Below are positions 52,648-60,163 of a DNA stretch of 64,000 nucleotides, piece after piece (position 1 is the stretch's first letter; each line of letters starts with the position of its first letter). The notes below the pieces were generated by a model that searched no databases, was not told the origin of the DNA, and was given only the letters and a program-made list of their open reading frames with translations. Origin of the DNA: Octopus sinensis (Eukaryota); NCBI RefSeq assembly GCF_006345805.1, contig NC_042998.1:166098001-166162000 (forward strand). The letters run 5' to 3'. Made by a program: the position numbers and the translations under genes.

Positions 52648-53947
52648 TTATCCGTAATAATGAAGGGTGAAATTAATTAATTTGGAATAATTATCAATTA
52701 CACCAAGTAGTCTTCGGCATGTAAAAGCCTCATTCGAGGAAAATTTAAGTAATACTAAGCAATAAAGGTTTAGCAACGAATTGCCTTACCACATACCGAA
52801 TTTAGAAATAGCAGTCAAAGAGTTATAGCTATTTCTTCTACTAAAAAGGGAGATCTCAGTAAAAACAGCAATTGGAAAGCAGACACAAACAGGTAAGAGA
52901 GAATGAATTGACGGCAATCTATCATACAATTTTAAGTTATCTACGGACGCACGTTTCGAAATCAAGTTTTTAGGAAAGCATAAGAATAAATATTAAATAA
53001 TTCTACCTTACCAAAACTTCTTTTCTCTTCAGCGTAGAATACTATAATCATAAATGATTATATATTGAATTTTGAGATACTAGAAGGCACCAACTCAACT
53101 CAGTATCAGAGCGAGCTAGAATCCGCAACTAGTATCACCAAATTCAATGTGTGAATGAAAAGATTGTGTCAACAGCCCCTTCCCACCCGCGTGTAGCCAA
53201 AACAAGATGCTGTGGTCATCTACTGAGATAAAATATGGTTATCCGTAATAATGAAGGGTGAAATTAATTAATTTGGAATAATTATCAATTACACCAAGTA
53301 TTTCTAAATTCGGTATGTGGTAAGGCAATTCGTTGCTAAACCCTTTATTGCTTAGTATTACTTAAATTTCCTCGAATGAGGCTTTTACATGCCGAAGACT
53401 ACTTGGTGTAATTGATAATTATTCCAAATTAATTAATTTCACCTTCATTATTACGGATAACCATATTTTATCTCAGTAGATGACCACAGCATCTTGTTTT
53501 GGCTACACGCGGGTGGGAGGGGCTGTTGACACAATCTTTTCATTCACACATTGAATTTGGTGATACTAGTTGCGGATTCTAGCTCGCTCTGATACTGAGT
53601 TGAGTTGGTGCCTTCTAGTATCTCAAAATTCAATATATAATCATTTATGATTATAGTATTCTACGCTGAAGAGAAAAGAAGTTTTGGTAAGGTAGAATTA
53701 TTTATATTTATTCTTATGCTTTCCTAAAAACTTGATTCGAAACGTGCGTCCGTAGATAACTTAAAATTGTATGATAGATTGCCGTCAATTCATTCTCTCT
53801 TACCTGTTTGTGTCTGCTTTCCAATTGCTGTTTTTACTGAGATCTCCCTTTTTAGTAGAAGAAATAGCTATAACTCTTTGACTGCTATTTCTAAATTCGG
53901 TATGTGGTAAGGCAATTCGTTGCTAAACCTTATTGCTTAGTATTACT

Positions 53948-53981
<34 letters not shown>

Positions 53982-56900
53982 ATACCAATTAAGGACTGAA
54001 CACGAAAAGTGGACAGTCAACATGCTAGATATAGACGTCAAATCGCCATTCTCCACAAAAGATTATGTTCTCAAATCAAACTCGGCACAAAACCGAAGCA
54101 ATAAACAAGTGAAAATATACGAAATAAAATAATTAACCATGTACTGATCAGTTTCGGCTATTATTATCCGCAAGGATAACTGTAGCCTTCATCAGCATGG
54201 CCTGTTATAAATGCAATTTGCTGGACTAGATGCAAAAACGATACCGGAGTATCGCGTGCATGGAGTCCAACCTATTACATTCAAATATATCTTTCAAATG
54301 CCTTTACTTTGGCGCGTTGAGACCCGAAAAAACCAGCCTGCAGCTAATAATTAGCAGCAGTCAATTTATCGGTTAGAGAACATATTTATTTATATAAAAT
54401 TAATTAAGGGTAGAAATTGATATTTAACCATACAGTCATGCCTGCTCCTACCAACATAAGTAAAATAAAATAGCTTCAACTATCATCACTCTACTATATT
54501 TGACCCCTTTTGTTAAAGGTGGTGTGCTAACAATCATTACCATTGCTGGAACTAAATGCTTAGTGGCACTTCTTCTCAGTTCTGAGTTCAAATGCTGCTG
54601 TAGTCAGTTTTGCTTTTCATTTTTTTCAGGGTCAATAAAATACTAAGTACCAGTTAAATACTGGGGTTGACACAATTGACTTTGCCTGTTCCCTGACATT
54701 GCTGGTCCTGTGCCAAAATTTGAAATCAATGCTTACCCTTTTGTTACCATGTTTCTGTTGAAATACACTGTTTTTGTTTCATTTAATTTTGAAAATAATC
54801 TTTATTATTTAGTAAAAAAAAATTGGTCCTATCTAAGCTGGTATTTGGAGCATAAGATTAACATGAACTTTTGATAGCAGGTTTTAGTTTATATTACTTC
54901 AAAACAGTAAGTTTAAATCAAAGAGCCTGTGGCATTGTCAGGTGGATTAGTATCAACTGGGTTAATATTACACATACAATAGCTGGAATATGCATCTTTT
55001 CTCTTCCTCTCTATTTCTTTTCTGTTGTATCATTAAAACGTTTTTTTATGTTATGTTTCAGGGTGCCTTCTATGCTTTAGTCTTTGGAATGCTGGTTGGT
55101 CTGATCCGCTTCATTATTGAATATTACCATCTAGTGCCTCCTTGCTTCAAGAACCTTCCAGATCCAAGACCAGATGTTGTGAAAAACTTTCACTTCTTGT
55201 ATTTTTCCATTTTTGGGTTTGCATTTACTTTGTTTTTTGCTGTTGTCATCAGTCTTCTGACAGAACCAATTGATCCTCGTTGTGTAAGTTCATATATTAT
55301 CATTTTATTTTCATCAAGACAGAATCCTTAGCACATCAGGTAAAATGCTTAGCAGCATTTCGTTTGTCTTTACATTCTGAGTTCAAATGCTGCCAAGGTT
55401 GACTTTGACTTTCATCCTTTCAGGGTCAATAAAATAAGTACACTGGAGTTGATGTTATCAACTAAATCCTCCCCACAAATTTCAGGCATTGTCCTGACTG
55501 TTTAATTCCAAAGAACTGGAATATATCTTAATTCTTTTATTACTATATTTCTGCTGAACCTCACTGCCTTTATTTTAGTTAATTTTAAAAATAATGTGAA
55601 ATTTAGTAAAATAACTTTATTAAGATGGTGTATGAAATTTAGATCACTTTACAGTCAGAAGGGGTGATCTCAGGTGGGTTGGTATCAAAAGGATTAAATG
55701 GCTTGAGTGTGACAAGAGTCTGAATTGAAAGGGTGCTAGCTTATTTGGTCAAATAAGCAGTTGTTCCTCACCATCAGTGTGACACTGTGTTCTTAGTAAC
55801 ATTGTCTTTAATATCAATCATTGAATCATTTAGTGAAGACAATGTATTCAGTTGATCTTTAATGATCAAATATGTTGTAGGGCATATCATTACAACAGAT
55901 GTTCATTATGGGACTTGTTATTACAATAGTTATTCATTGTGGGACATACTAGTACATTTGTATCTATTCATATCTATATAGCTATTTTTGTGTAGATGAA
56001 GGGTATCTTGGCAAGTGAGTTCCTCTCTTACTAGGACAAGGGGTAAGGCTTAAGCCCTTCACTTCCTATTGACATTGACAACATTTCTCAACTCAGGGAT
56101 GTCCTTTTCTAAGGTTTGTTAAATTTGAATTATCTTTGATGCTTCTATAACTTTGCTTTTCTTTTTTAGGTATGGGTTTTGGCCCTATGCAAACACTTTT
56201 TACTTCTGGGAAGAGGTGGTCCATATTAGACTGGCCTCAATCCATACAGATAGTGGAGAAATAATTATGGTCGCAGATACTCCCAAAATGACATGGTGAT
56301 CATGGCTGGGATGATTTTGAATATAGGTTTTATATATATGAAGCTGACTTGGAGCTAAACAAAACAACAATAATATTAAAGAAGTCAATTCCAGTTATGT
56401 ATTTAAGGATTGATAGTAATAGGCATCTCCTAATGATAGCATAAGATAATTTTAGTTTGTGATTAGCAATATTGTTTTTTGTTTTAAACGTTATTTTCAA
56501 GTAATAAATATTATCAGATATTTTAAAATCTTGAATAATGCATTGGGTTAATTTTCAAAACAAGGTTCAGGTGTGGCTGTGTAAGAAGTTTGCTTCCCAG
56601 CCACATGGTTCCAGGAGTTCCACTGCATGGTATCTTGGACGAGTGTCTTCTACTATAGCTCTGGGCTGACCAAAGCCTTATGGTTGGATTTGGTTGGACA
56701 GAAACTGAAAGAAACTTAAGGCAGCAAACTGGCAGAAACGTTAGCATGGCGGGCAAAGTCCTTAGCAGTATTTCATCTGCCATTACGTTCTCAGTTCAAA
56801 TTCTGCCAAAGTCAACTTTCATCCTTTCGGGGTTGATAAATTAAGTACCAGTTATGCACTGGGGTCAATGTAATCGACTTAATCCCTTTGTCTGTCCTTG

Positions 56901-57666
56901 TTTGGCCACTCTGTGTTTAGCCCCTTGTGAGCAATAAAGAATTAAGAAACTGAGAGAAACCTGTCGAGTGTGTGTGTTACTATCTCCTTGCCTTCACATT
57001 GCATGATGGTCATAAACCATCATGCAAGTGGTGTCCTTCATTCTGATCGTCTCTGAAAACATGTCTGGAAACAGATGAGGGTTGGGGGCAAGTAGGGTAT
57101 TTGGCCATAGAAAATATGCCTCCACATATTCTGTCTAACCTGTAAGCATGGAAAAGTGGATGTTAAAACAATGATGATAATTCTGTAGATGAAATTTCTG
57201 TTAATTGATTCAAAAGTTGGTTATTGTACATATATTTTTATTTTTTACTGTATTGTAAGTTCCTTTATACTGAAAATTACAAACCACTATAATCATTTAA
57301 AAAATATTTTCTACAGTTGGTACGTTTAACTTGGTGGACTCGACATAGTAAAGAACCTCGAATGAACATAGATGAAACAACTTCATCTTCTGCGTCAACG
57401 ATAAATGGCAAAGATGAAAAGAATGAGAACGATTATAGTAATCCTTTAAGAAAGATGTCTCCCAAATCTAATATTGATGTTGATCATCCAAATGAGAAAG
57501 ACTTTGATGATATCAACTCAGCTGGCGAAGATGCTGGAAATTATAAAACCAGAGTTTACAGTATGGATATTGTAACAGGTATGGTTTCAATATTTTTCTA
57601 CTTCTATTGACCTGCACAAGAATAGTATTTTGATATGAAAATACACAAAAATAGGAGTTTTACATC

Positions 57667-57711
<45 letters not shown>

Positions 57712-59539
57712 ATATATACCCCCCCCCCCCACACACACTTTACCATGTCTCTCTCTCTTGTCCTTCTCCAATCTGCAGTATCATCATAGCCAACCTGCTA
57801 TTCCAAAGTGAATCGTCTCCTACTCTCTCACCTTCCTGAATTCATGCACTATTGGTCATCCCCCATTCACTACATCTGTTCTTGGACCTTACTCAATCTT
57901 CGCAGTGATCTAACCCTTCTTAATTCCTTATCTTTCATTCGCAATTACAGGTGAGTTCACTGCCATCAATTCACCACGAAGAAAGTTCAGTGTGAGGAAA
58001 ATATATCCATAGTATCACACCATTAATAATTAAAAACTATTTTATTAGTGAACTTACCCAATGGTAAATTGATGATAGTGAACTTACTGGACATGCTTAT
58101 TCACACCATACTCTTTAGCATCTTCCACCTACCCACACTCCTGGTCCCTCTGTCACTCACTTTCACCCACACCCTAACACCCCATCATCACTATTTTTAA
58201 TTCTTTCCAGCTTCACCTAATCATAATCTAATTAATTATGTAGTTCCTCTACAGCAAGGAACCAATTCTGTTCTGGTTCCTTCTCAGACTTTTACCTCTT
58301 ATCTTCTGAAGTAAAGCTGCTCCATTAGGATTTATAATCTTACAAGCTGCATGGTGACCCCACTAGCACTGGTGACACAAAAATAGGACCCAGTAAAGTG
58401 TTGGTGTTGGGAAGGATATCTAGTTGTAAAAATTTTGCCAAAGCAGACACTGAAGTATGATGTGGTCCGTAGGCCCATTGAATCTTGTCAAACCTTTCAA
58501 CCCATGCCAGCATGGAACATGGATGTCAAATGATGATAATATTTATGTACTTATATGTTCATGTATAGATGTGTGCGTATAAATGAATATAAATATTCAT
58601 TCCTTTATGCTTACCGTAAATCCTCGAGTATAATCTGCATCTTTTTCCCAAAATTTTAAGGTTAAAATCCCTAGTGTGTATTATAAACGAGGTTAAAAAT
58701 GAAAAATATTTTCTAAGCAATGTCCGAGTCTCTATTTGCTGTCCGGCAATGTTTATTCAGACGCATTTTGTGATGTCGGGCGCGAAAATACCTTAAGCTA
58801 AGCCTGAAAGCAATGAAGTCATAAAAGAATCATCCATAACTTGCAGTAAGCAACATTTATTAAACGTTATTACTGTTATTTCTTTATTTTCTGCAAACAA
58901 AATGCACAAAAATGATACACGTTTGCATTATGTTATATATACAATAATAATAAAGTACATTACCATATACAGTTTTACAAACCAAGGACGTTATATAGAC
59001 GTCCTTAACTCAAGTTAGAGAAGGGGTGTATATTATACACAAGGTTTAGGTTTTTCAGAGGTACAGCCCCCTAAAAATCCCCTGCATATTATACTCAAAG
59101 GCGGACTATACTCGAGGATTTATGGTATGTGTATTATATGCATATGTTATCAAACTGGAATGCAATATGCATGGCCTATCTATCTGTCTCTGTCTGCCTC
59201 TCTCTTTCTCTCTCCCCCATCTCTCTCTATCAGTGTGTGTATTCATATGTAAATATCCATTGTTGAAATATCAATGTGTAAATTATAAATTATATTTCTT
59301 CCTTTTGTTTTCCTCTCTACTTGCATCTGTTAGCAATCACTCCTGTACCTTGCTGGAAGAAATTCATCTATAGGATGTGCTGTTTCCAAGAGCAAAGTGC
59401 CACTCAACCTAAACAAATGACTACTGATTTTGTTGAGGAGCGTTCCATAGAAGAAAATCCCAAATGGAGACTAACAACTTCAGTTTTGTCTGTTGGTCTT
59501 CTCATAATTGCCTGCTTCCTTATGATATATTTTGCTTAA
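2573..59539 (+). CDS. SLC5A: SLC5-family Na+/glucose or Na+/myo-inositol cotransporter (SGLT/SMIT-like), 5'-partial, 11 coding exons: 2573-2677, 27880-27985, 33313-33393, 41170-41378, 43032-43167, 48518-48625, 50688-50838, 51013-51181, 55062-55283, 57317-57578, 59334-59539
   Basis: Exons joined by hand total 1755 nt (584 aa + TAA) with consistent phases and GT-AG ends. Motifs include [42 protein letters not shown]...[14 protein letters not shown] and GAF. Sizes 105/106/81/136/108/151/169 match my recollection of human SLC5A1 exons 5,6,7,9,10,11,12. The symbol is family-level only; orthology is unresolved. Confidence 0.96.
4555..5080 (-). mobile_element. RTE LINE 3' end with (GAT)n tail
   Basis: [15 protein letters not shown] then 3'UTR subrepeats and ggaaagcggacgttaaa-(tga)n. 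Confidence 0.85.
5082..5220 (+). mobile_element. CORE-like tRNA SINE head with a fold-back copy
   Basis: ggctgtg..gtaag..cttgcttaccagccacatggttcc..gtggcaccttgggcaagtgtcttc, then a 49-bp inverted copy at 5172-5220. Confidence 0.8.
5958..6129 (+). mobile_element. R4/Dong-like (RLE-type) non-LTR element 3' end inserted in (AAT)n
   Basis: [24 protein letters not shown] (stop 6035-6037), short UTR, AAT/GAT tail; preceded by an (ACT)n(AAT)n tract. Confidence 0.7.
6696..6892. mobile_element. piggyBac-like MITE with TTAA target duplication; partial second copy about 33450-33666
   Basis: TTAA|ccctttagcattt ... aaagctaaaagg|TTAA; internal sequence shared with 33470-33660. Confidence 0.7.
8394..8769 (+). 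mobile_element. Helentron-associated non-autonomous element (HINE/DINE-1-like)
   Basis: Subterminal inverted motifs cctctgcc (8400) and ggcagggg (8737), (gttt)n core, 3' mini-hairpin gcgc-tctca-gtgc, T-rich ends. Confidence 0.6.
11005..11325. repeat. Compound (TA)/(TG) microsatellite
   Basis: Direct inspection. Confidence 0.95.
11664..12693. repeat. About 1-kb alternating purine-pyrimidine micro/minisatellite with higher-order units
   Basis: Recurring tatatatgtgtgtgtatgtacatatgtatatatatgtatg units; source of all the MYIYVC/HTYI ORFs. Confidence 0.95.
12804..13536 (+). mobile_element. RTE LINE 3' fragment (RT C-terminus, subrepeat UTR, (GAT)n tail)
   Basis: [49 protein letters not shown].. 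with stops. Same family at 30071-30365(-), 30680-30950, 38760-39100, 40440-40630, 42220-42570, 43310-43627, 45975-46490(-), 46795-47560, 58360-58540, 61750-61975. Confidence 0.9.
13660..15480 (-). mobile_element. CR1-clade LINE, 5'-truncated and frameshifted RT
   Basis: [108 protein letters not shown]. Confidence 0.95.
15649..15695 (+). ncRNA. Degenerate hammerhead ribozyme relic (damaged core)
   Basis: Stem II GGATAT/ATATCC, GAAA, palindromic stem III ACAGCTGT, GTA triplet, then ggat; the CUGANGA core reads 'catgaaa'. Confidence 0.45.
15815..16490 (-). mobile_element. HHR-bearing repeat (Penelope-like pLTR or retrozyme candidate) next to (TA)n; truncated second copy at 59917-60055
   Basis: About 115 bp shared with 59917-60030; contains the HHR at 15933-16021. 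Confidence 0.6.
15933..16021 (-). ncRNA. Type I hammerhead ribozyme fold
   Basis: Minus strand: stem I ATGCAG/CTGCAT, CTGAAGA, ~58-nt imperfect stem II, GAAA, stem III ACG-AT-CGT, GTA cleavage triplet; the base of stem II is weak. Confidence 0.75.
16517..17451 (-). mobile_element. Internally deleted mariner
   Basis: 28-bp TIRs (t/c)gaggtggtatcaaaaggttcc..act with 3 mismatches; TA on both sides; remnants [25 protein letters not shown] and [11 protein letters not shown]. Confidence 0.9.
17690..21860 (+). repeat. Dense cluster of about 9 mostly co-oriented SINEs, three copies of a ~450-bp (AAT)-tailed repeat (18740-19170, 20375-20715, 21305-21825) and an R4/Dong-like fragment (about 19240-19480, -)
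   Basis: Repeated SINE head/core/ATT-tail units; the Dong-like piece encodes [29 protein letters not shown]. Confidence 0.8.
23666..24900 (-). mobile_element. Tx1/L1-like non-LTR element 5'UTR plus frameshifted ORF1 (gag-like, CCHC knuckle); no ORF2
   Basis: ORFs 24231..24770 (SYAAVTGK) and 23666..24283 ([24 protein letters not shown] followed by a K/E-rich tail). Confidence 0.75.
24944..25927 (+). mobile_element. Mariner transposase pseudogene, left end lost
   Basis: [38 protein letters not shown] with stops and frameshifts; right TIR ..catactagatgacctaa|TA. Confidence 0.93.
27880..27985 (+). CDS. SLC5 exon (equiv. exon 6): [35 protein letters not shown](G)
   Basis: attatag|GCT...AGTG|gtaagt; 106 nt; follows a 25.2-kb intron. 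Confidence 0.96.
28632..30600 (-). mobile_element. Decayed hAT (Charlie/ZBED5-type) transposon interrupted by an RTE fragment; boundaries approximate
   Basis: [24 protein letters not shown] and [15 protein letters not shown] motifs; TIR-like caatagttgtcaacctc at 28632. Confidence 0.7.
32266..32852. mobile_element. Fold-back HHR-bearing element: inverted arms 32321-32498 and 32664-32841
   Basis: About 178-bp inverted arms; ~45-bp direct duplication at 32266-32312 and 32619-32663; 13-bp gacttaactttag at 32256 and 32840. Confidence 0.75.
32490..32529 (-). ncRNA. Minimal type I hammerhead (dimer-type, palindromic ACTAGT stem III)
   Basis: ccaga-CTGATGA-c-GAG-caaaga-CTC-a-GAAA-CTAG-TC|tctg; the other arm preserves tctgga, which restores a 6-bp stem I. 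Confidence 0.7.
33313..33393 (+). CDS. SLC5 exon (equiv. exon 7): [26 protein letters not shown](S)
   Basis: ttgttaag|GT...TTAA|gtaagt; 81 nt; too short for the ORF track. Confidence 0.95.
34025..34390 (+). mobile_element. Full-length CORE-like tRNA SINE (resembles octopus OR-type SINEs); other copies at 2400-2500(-), 7440-7590(-), 22320-22500, 41437-41515, 41720-42110(-), 56570-56715, 63520-63820(-)
   Basis: tRNA-like head, accttgggcaagtgtcttctactatagcc core, internal (TG)n, tail ..gcagtcaaatgactgaaataagtaaaa. Confidence 0.85.
34812..35070 (-). mobile_element. Repeat in (TA)n with a minimal variant hammerhead (34919-34956); second copy 52157-52610 (motif 52247-52284)
   Basis: tcttt-CTGTTGA-A-GAGC-gtag-GCTC-GAAA-CGT-T|aaaga; the second copy keeps the architecture with CpG-type decay. 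Confidence 0.6.
36696..37905 (+). mobile_element. Mariner transposase pseudogene, right TIR eroded
   Basis: TA|tgagggtgggctgaaatgttcatagg; [60 protein letters not shown]. Confidence 0.92.
40777..41022. repeat. Near-perfect 113-bp inverted repeat (111/113) with 20-nt spacer, inside a ~335-bp insert flanked by (TA)n
   Basis: Arms 40777-40889 and 40910-41022 compared by eye. Confidence 0.9.
41170..41378 (+). CDS. SLC5 exon (equiv. exon 8): [10 protein letters not shown]...[14 protein letters not shown]
   Basis: gtttag|GT...CAG|gtaatg; 209 nt; lies inside ORF 41127..41423. Confidence 0.96.
43032..43167 (+). CDS. SLC5 exon (equiv. exon 9): [45 protein letters not shown](D)
   Basis: ttttatag|GTC...AAAG|gtatct; 136 nt. 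Confidence 0.96.
44203..45403 (-). mobile_element. Near full-length decayed mariner with perfect 32-bp TIRs
   Basis: TA|ttgggtcatcccataaataatgcagttttttt ... aaaaaaactgcattatttatgggatgacccaa|TA; [27 protein letters not shown]. Confidence 0.93.
46529..46734. mobile_element. Palindromic MITE-like element
   Basis: Terminal tattatttaaaacagtttga/tcaaactgttttaaataata, inner catgcaacttgaag/cttcaagttgcatg, central hairpin. Confidence 0.75.
46795..47560 (+). mobile_element. RTE LINE 3' fragment
   Basis: [39 protein letters not shown] with stops; UTR and (GAT)n tail. Confidence 0.88.
47582..48453 (+). mobile_element. Internally deleted Tc1/mariner element, probably DD37D (maT)
   Basis: Degenerate 26-bp TIRs; [30 protein letters not shown], then WGAVE after a 1-nt frameshift; spacing to the mutated third Asp position counts to 37. 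Confidence 0.75.
48518..48625 (+). CDS. SLC5 exon (equiv. exon 10): [35 protein letters not shown](G)
   Basis: ctctttatag|AT...GAAG|gtaatt; 108 nt; four conserved extracellular Cys. Confidence 0.96.
49640..50110 (-). mobile_element. Old RTE-type LINE fragment, second family
   Basis: [29 protein letters not shown] motifs with frameshifts. Confidence 0.65.
50688..50838 (+). CDS. SLC5 exon (equiv. exon 11): [49 protein letters not shown](R)
   Basis: tatttcag|GT...GGACG|gtaaga; 151 nt; TM8 Na-site motif. Confidence 0.97.
51013..51181 (+). CDS. SLC5 exon (equiv. exon 12): [56 protein letters not shown]
   Basis: tattccag|T...AAG|gtaact; 169 nt; preceded by a 174-bp intron. Confidence 0.96.
52940..53038 (-). 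ncRNA. Type I hammerhead ribozyme fold (arm 1)
   Basis: Stem I TCTACG/CGTAGA, CTGAAGA, long stem II (GAAA/TTTC; AAGTTTT/AAAACTT; AGAAT/ATTCT), GAAA, stem III ACG-TG-CGT, GTC triplet. Confidence 0.9.
53660..53756 (+). ncRNA. Type I hammerhead ribozyme fold (arm 2); predicted cleavage after 53750
   Basis: tctacg 53660-65, CTGAAGA 53666-72, GAAA 53739-42, GTC 53748-50, cgtaga 53751-56. Confidence 0.88.
53985..54435 (-). mobile_element. Separate CpG-rich HHR-bearing repeat next to (TA)n; boundaries approximate
   Basis: No similarity seen to 52642-53949; contains the HHR at 54135-54202. Confidence 0.55.
54135..54202 (-). ncRNA. Type I hammerhead ribozyme fold
   Basis: GGCCATG-CTGATGA-A-GGCTA-cag-TTATCC-ttgc-GGATAA-taa-TAGCC-GAAA-CTG-AT-CAG-TA|CATGGTT; all three stems pair. 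Confidence 0.9.
55062..55283 (+). CDS. SLC5 exon (equiv. exon 13): [17 protein letters not shown]...HFLYFS...[13 protein letters not shown]
   Basis: gtttcag|GGT...TGT|gtaagt; 222 nt. Confidence 0.96.
57317..57578 (+). CDS. SLC5 exon (equiv. exon 14): [15 protein letters not shown]...MDIVT(A), long polar loop
   Basis: ttctacag|TTG...ACAG|gtatgg; 262 nt, phase 1; the LTWWTR motif recalls SGLT4. Confidence 0.9.
57948..58089. mobile_element. Small MITE-like inverted repeat
   Basis: gtgagttcactgccatcaattcacca vs tggtaaattgatgatagtgaacttac. Confidence 0.5.
58614..59125. mobile_element. pogo/Tigger-like MITE
   Basis: TA|ccgtaaatcctcgagtataatctgc ... gcggactatactcgaggatttatgg|TA (25 bp, 3 mismatches). 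Confidence 0.8.
59334..59539 (+). CDS. SLC5 terminal exon: [18 protein letters not shown]...[31 protein letters not shown]
   Basis: Polypyrimidine tract then ctgttag|CA (phase 1 fits); C-terminal TM helix ending YFA-TAA as in SGLT proteins. Confidence 0.92.
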
Positions 59540-59672
59540 TTTATTCATTATGCTTAGATGCAGTGGGAGCATTTATATTAATTTTTTTTAAGTATTTGAT
59601 TAAGTGTTTTTCTAACAGGTTCTTGTATATTTTGTTACATAACAGTATTAATTTTGTAGTGCATTTGCTACA

Positions 59673-59702
59673 AATAAAATTTAATATTTGTATATAAATA
59701 AA
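59673..59702 (+). terminator. Candidate polyadenylation signals (AATAAA at 59673 and 59697)
   Basis: Two AATAAA hexamers 134 and 158 nt after the stop, followed by U-rich sequence; AT-rich context makes chance matches likely. Confidence 0.5.
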
Positions 59703-59863
59703 AAGAAACTACATTTTTTTGTTAGTGGGCCTGACATTTTATTATTTTTTTTTTCCTTAGATTGAAGTTTTATTTTATACCATTATGCAATGACAATCTG
59801 TCCATTTTCTTTTCCCTCTTTTGTAATATTGTGTGTGTGTATAAATACACCCGTTTATGCACA

Positions 59864-59903
<40 letters not shown>

Positions 59904-60117
59904 TTCAGTAAAAATTAGATTCAGTTGGATATGTTACTTAAGTTAAAGGCACCAGAATTTAGTATGGTATTATCCATATAATTCAAAATGGGGTGATTAC
60001 AATCAAAATAAGCAACAAGGATATCCAGAGGATATCCTTTTGCTTATTTTGATTATATATATATAATGTATGTATGTATGTATATATACATACACTCACA
60101 CTTATGTATATGTATGT

Positions 60118-60163
<46 letters not shown>

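Larger units (their letters stand above)
52642..53949. mobile_element. Inverted pair of circularly permuted ~590-bp HHR-bearing units (retrozyme or Penelope-pLTR-like) in (TA)n
   Basis: Arm 1 52642-53300 = 591-bp unit + 68-bp redundancy; arm 2 53299-53949 = inverted ~587-bp unit + ~65-bp redundancy, different permutation. Confidence 0.85.

Noticed and set aside
53365-53410. CGAATGA-GGC-ttttacat-GCC-GAAG as a second ribozyme in the 590-bp unit
   Set aside because: The core deviates at several invariant positions and there is no stem I.
59373-59373. Alternative acceptor tatag|G for the last exon
   Set aside because: Wrong phase for the phase-1 donor at 57578; 59334 fits.
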